A stretch of 63,545 bases of DNA from Candidatus Kerfeldbacteria bacterium (GTDB lineage Bacteria; Patescibacteriota; Patescibacteriia; UBA9570), in contig JACPGK010000019.1 of assembly GCA_016182495.1 (NCBI GenBank), forward strand, positions 1-63,545, given 5' to 3'. The translations under genes were made by a program, and so were the position numbers. Positions 60,497 through 63,545 of the stretch are shown here, piece by piece; within the stretch, counting starts at the first letter, position 1; each line of letters opens with the position of its first letter. The notes beneath the pieces were generated by a model. It had not been told where the DNA came from. It saw nothing but the letters and a program-made list of their open reading frames with translations, and did no database searches.

Positions 60497-61444
60497 ATGA
60501 TGGAGAAAACATCATTGGCTGATGCTTGCAATTTAAAGGAAGGCTACCTGAAAAATGTATACTTTGAAGCAAAAGATAAAGAGGTGTTTGTCGTGAGTCC
60601 AAATGAATTTGTGTATGGCATGGTTTTAAAAAACTATGAGCAGAATCAGGTACTTAGGAAAAAAATTAGAGATTTTTCAGGAGAAAGAAAAATTAAATTC
60701 ATTTCACTAGAGAAGATAAATTCTAACTATGCATCACCGGATTATATAGTGGGCATGTGCATTGCAGCATTTGACCATTACCCTCAGGATATGGTCGGTA
60801 TTAGAATACAATCATTGTTTGAAACCATGACTAATCCTACTTTTTGGGATGAAGTAGAAGTAGTAAGAAAAAAGTGGGGTATACCACCGAAACCGAAATA
60901 TGATGACCATCAGAAAATTGATCGCATCATTCGCAATAAGAGTTACGAATCACATCTTCTCTACCCATATCGTCAATGGTTAAGTAATCGTAAACGGTGG
61001 TATGGCAATAGGAAAATTGAAGAAGAGAAAATTGTAATCACTGCCTTATATCAGGCTTACGAAAAACTGTTGGATAAAATCTCTTTATCATCTGAAGATG
61101 TTGAAGACCCACTAGACCCATGGCAGGAAGAAATTACAGAACTGGCACGACGGTATAATTTGCGTGGAGCTAATTTTGATACAATCCTTGATTACATTGT
61201 TAGATACCATACCTTACCAGAAGGCATGGTAAATAATTTTCCGGATGATGAATTTACCACACCAACAAAGAAGCATGTACTCAGGGATGCTATTATACGT
61301 TATTTATTGCTATTTAAGGCTGTAAAAGACCCAAACAAAATTAAATCTGCACTGAGACAATACGCAAAAATGAATGTTACAGTGGGAAATATTAAAGTTA
61401 TTTGCACACGGATTAGAAAAGGGTATCGTCTGAAGAGTAAATAA
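60497..61444 (+). CDS. hypothetical protein (315 aa), mobile-element backbone
   Basis: Long ORF divergent from the defence-like operon; very AT-rich; no recognised domain. Confidence 0.65.
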   Translation: MMEKTSLADACNLKEGYLKNVYFEAKDKEVFVVSPNEFVYGMVLKNYEQNQVLRKKIRDFSGERKIKFISLEKINSNYASPDYIVGMCIAAFDHYPQDMVGIRIQSLFETMTNPTFWDEVEVVRKKWGIPPKPKYDDHQKIDRIIRNKSYESHLLYPYRQWLSNRKRWYGNRKIEEEKIVITALYQAYEKLLDKISLSSEDVEDPLDPWQEEITELARRYNLRGANFDTILDYIVRYHTLPEGMVNNFPDDEFTTPTKKHVLRDAIIRYLLLFKAVKDPNKIKSALRQYAKMNVTVGNIKVICTRIRKGYRLKSK

Positions 61445-61510
61445 TTACACGAGATAACCTATTCGCTGTAATTTTTTTTGATACCTAAAATGTAGGTACA
61501 TATTTTTATT

Positions 61511-61627
61511 ATGCCTACAGATATTAATAAGCATTATCCAGCAAGAGAAGAAACAGATGTCATTGAGCAGTTCACTGCTGAGTTAGCCGATATTTTATAC
61601 GAACAGATAATAAACATTACTGAATAA
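61511..61627 (+). CDS. candidate small acidic protein (38 aa)
   Basis: Not in the track: MPTDINKHYPAREETDVIEQFTAELADILYEQIINITE*. Its stop lies 1 nt before the next ATG, which suggests real, coupled coding. Confidence 0.4.
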   Translation: MPTDINKHYPAREETDVIEQFTAELADILYEQIINITE

Positions 61628-61628
61628 T

Positions 61629-61871
61629 ATGCCCAAACAAAACGAATTGCCAATTGATTTTATGGAGCTAGCAGCCGTGCTAATGACCCTAGACTACAAA
61701 TTAATACGCGTTGATAAAACTAACCAAAAACATTGCATCTTTTATTTGGAGGAGCATGAAGATTCATATCAACTTATTACGCGATATTTTAATTCTGAAC
61801 TGACCGTTGACCCTAAGCGATTATTTATTAACCTACGGACGCTTAAGTATATGATACACAGTCAATACTAA
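61629..61871 (+). CDS. small protein, possibly DUF5659-like
   Basis: 80 aa: ..LPIDFMELAAVLMTLDYKLIRVDKTNQKHCIFYLEE.... The family assignment is from memory of the pattern only. Confidence 0.5.
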   Translation: MPKQNELPIDFMELAAVLMTLDYKLIRVDKTNQKHCIFYLEEHEDSYQLITRYFNSELTVDPKRLFINLRTLKYMIHSQY

Positions 61872-61890
61872 GGTACAAAAAAATAAGAAG

Positions 61891-62589
61891 ATGAACGAAA
61901 TAAGAAACACAGAGAATGGTAAACCGTTTTGTTGGCAATCAAAGCCAATCTTACGTCTTATTAGGGAAACCTACACTCGTAAACGATTATGTACAGCTAT
62001 CGCTATTTATACCGTGCTAACAGAACTATCTAGTAACCAAAACACACAGGCTTATTGCCAAGCTTATTATATTGATATTGCAAATCATATGGGCAAATCA
62101 TCATCAACAGCCAAACGATATTTAAATGAATTTGTTATTATGGGCATTGTAAGAAAGCAACACCGATATCAAAAAAATAATCCAAAGATGCTCGCTCGTA
62201 CCAAATGGTTTTTATTAAGCTTACCAGTTCAACATAAAACACCTACCTCAGTGCATAATAATAACAAGCCCCCTAGTCAAAATAATGAGCCAGTAATAGA
62301 AGAACATACTAAGAATAATCTTTATAAGAAGGGAGAGTCATCAATTAAAGAAAAGACAATACAAGAGCTCGTAAACTGGTTTAGTAACGCACGACGCGTT
62401 GATATCGCTACCCGCGAGTATGCCCAAAATCTTATAGGAAAATACGGTATTGAGAAAGTTAAACGTTCTATGGATATTCACGGTAGCCAGGGCTACGGCA
62501 ATGAAATAGATGCATTTCACAAACATCTAAAGGATGACTTGATTGGCTGTGGCTGTAATGTACCTCTCTCTGCATTTTATCCAAGGTAG
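61891..62589 (+). CDS. winged-helix DNA-binding protein (replication/regulatory type), hypothetical
   Basis: 232 aa: ..IAIYTVLTELSSNQ......IDIANHMGKSSSTAKRYLNEFVIMGIVRKQ. (wHTH-like), followed by an Asn/Lys-rich linker and a C-terminal helical domain. Confidence 0.6.
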   Translation: MNEIRNTENGKPFCWQSKPILRLIRETYTRKRLCTAIAIYTVLTELSSNQNTQAYCQAYYIDIANHMGKSSSTAKRYLNEFVIMGIVRKQHRYQKNNPKMLARTKWFLLSLPVQHKTPTSVHNNNKPPSQNNEPVIEEHTKNNLYKKGESSIKEKTIQELVNWFSNARRVDIATREYAQNLIGKYGIEKVKRSMDIHGSQGYGNEIDAFHKHLKDDLIGCGCNVPLSAFYPR

Positions 62590-62595
62590 TAAGGA

Positions 62596-62617
62596 TACCG
62601 TTAAATTTTGGGTGCTT
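62596..62617. repeat. IS left terminal inverted repeat (IRL) taccgttaaattttgggtgctt
   Basis: 21/22 match to the reverse complement of 228-249; begins 7 nt after the stop of the preceding gene. Confidence 0.75.
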
Positions 62618-62682
62618 AAAACATTGTCTTCTTGGCTAAGGTCTGCTAGATTGAACCACTTTAACTGGTTAAACGATCTCAA

Positions 62683-63545
62683 TATGTTAAAAAAAACATC
62701 CTCACTGTCCGACCTGTAACAGTGCGTTCACAATAAAACGCGGTAGTCGCCGTGGAATAAATAGATATTTATGTAAGAGCTGTCATGGCTCTTTTTCAGT
62801 TGACCATGGCCGCAAAGACGAACTGTTGTGGATCCCACACATCGATGGTATCCCGTTTCGCAAACTCGGCGATGAACATGGCCTGTCTGGTGTACAAGCC
62901 TACAACCGTGTCTTTGCTGAATTAGCGCAGCTACCAAAAGTCATCGACATCACCAAACAGTATTGCCGATACACCTCTGGTATCCTCATCATCGATGGAA
63001 AATATATTAAAGTGAAAGGGTTCAAACACAAAATACCGTGGCTCTATGCCGTCGATTACGAAACCCACGACATCCTGTTTGGCATGGTTGCTGAAGCGGA
63101 AGATATACAAACCTTTGAAGCGTTCTTTACCATTCTCAAAGGATTGAATTACCCTTTACGTGTTGTCGTGGCCGACGACCGTTCTAGCTTGCCCCTAGGG
63201 CTTAAACGCATCTATCCGGAGATACCGGTGCAACTGTGCCAGAATCACTACTTAGAAAATATTCGACAACAACTCCATATCCGTACTGATGCCCTGCACC
63301 AGCATTTTTTTAATTCCCTGAAACTCCATGTGTTTGCTGAGTATGAAAACGATACCAAACTCAATAATGCTTTGTATCATGTCTTCACAGAACGGTGTGA
63401 AGGGTTGGTAGTTCGTCAAAAAATTGTCCTCGAGATTTCCAAACGACGCCACGAACTGTTTGCCTACACAACGATTCCAAACTGTCCAAACAACACTAAC
63501 TTAATTGAACTCTTCAATTCACATTTTAATGCACGATTACGGACA
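62683..63545 (+). CDS. DDE transposase (N-terminal Zn ribbon + MULE-like catalytic domain), 3'-partial at the window edge; start separated from the main frame by a +1 shift in an A8 run
   Basis: The main frame from 62690 reads KKHPHCPTCNSAFTIKRGSRRGINRYLCKSCHGSF...LIIDGKYIKVKG...VVVADDRSSLPLGLKRIYPEIPVQLCQNHYLENI...NNTNLIELFNSHFNARLRT. It has no start codon in that frame. ATG 62683 (MLKK) is in the +1-shifted frame across aaaaaaaa at 62688-62695. Confidence 0.8.

Larger units (their letters stand above)
62596..63545 (+). mobile_element. IS element (MULE/IS256-superfamily-like), left ~950 bp; completed by window positions 53-249 (total ~1.15 kb if joined)
   Basis: 22-bp TIRs (62596-62617 / 228-249) enclose one transposase ORF with a zinc ribbon and a D..D..E spacing of ~65 and ~110 residues. 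Confidence 0.75.

Noticed and set aside
1-63545. Alternative genetic code (UGA recoding, as in some candidate phyla).
   Set aside because: Well-supported genes terminate at TGA (1770-1772, 3516-3518, hicB at 26584-26586), and conserved proteins (RF1, S2, EF-Ts, MsrA) translate end to end with code 11. RF2 absence or presence cannot be judged from this window.
1-63545. CRISPR arrays, rRNA genes, reverse transcriptase/DGR or retron, and prophage structural genes.
   Set aside because: No regularly spaced short direct repeats were seen in any intergenic gap. No ORF has RT, capsid, terminase or Cas-like motifs that I could recognise.

Overview
This is a 63.5-kb, AT-leaning (roughly 40-45% G+C by eye) bacterial chromosome fragment that uses the standard code; TGA serves as a stop at 1772, 3518 and 26586.

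Housekeeping core: rpmE-prfA-prmC, rpsB-tsf, rpmG, msrA, a GreA-like factor, a sigma-70 family factor, and three tRNAs (Thr-GGT, Tyr-GTA, Thr-TGT).

The core is interleaved with:
- many large secreted or surface repeat proteins (BNR/Asp-box, FG-GAP, propeller-like)
- lipoproteins
- a PadR-led membrane operon
- a 1470-aa M48-protease/ABC1-kinase-like fusion
- a tandem pair of Cys-rich zinc-ribbon proteins
- an orphan T4SS-coupling-like ATPase
- two toxin-antitoxin modules (HicAB, BrnTA)

The gene style suggests a Patescibacteria/CPR-type host, but that is inference only.

The most unusual part is the rearranged accessory region at 50.4-63.5 kb, which continues into 0-1.4 kb:
- A 22-bp junction motif occurs three times.
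- A 993-aa orphan ORF is bracketed by about 250-bp inverted repeats built from its own 3' end.
- A large serine recombinase is bracketed by 89-bp GC-rich inverted repeats built from its own 3' end.
- A very AT-rich four-gene operon (Schlafen/AlbA_2-like, TM coiled-coil, Zn-ribbon plus NDT/TIR-like Rossmann domain, 4-TM protein) looks like an undescribed defence or abortive-infection cassette.
- A MULE/IS256-like IS with 22-bp terminal inverted repeats spans the window junction. The first and last ~52 nt of the window are identical.
- Next to that IS lies a 63% G+C foreign patch.

A second degraded island sits at tRNA-Tyr (29.9-32.2 kb). No CRISPR array, rRNA gene or reverse transcriptase was seen.
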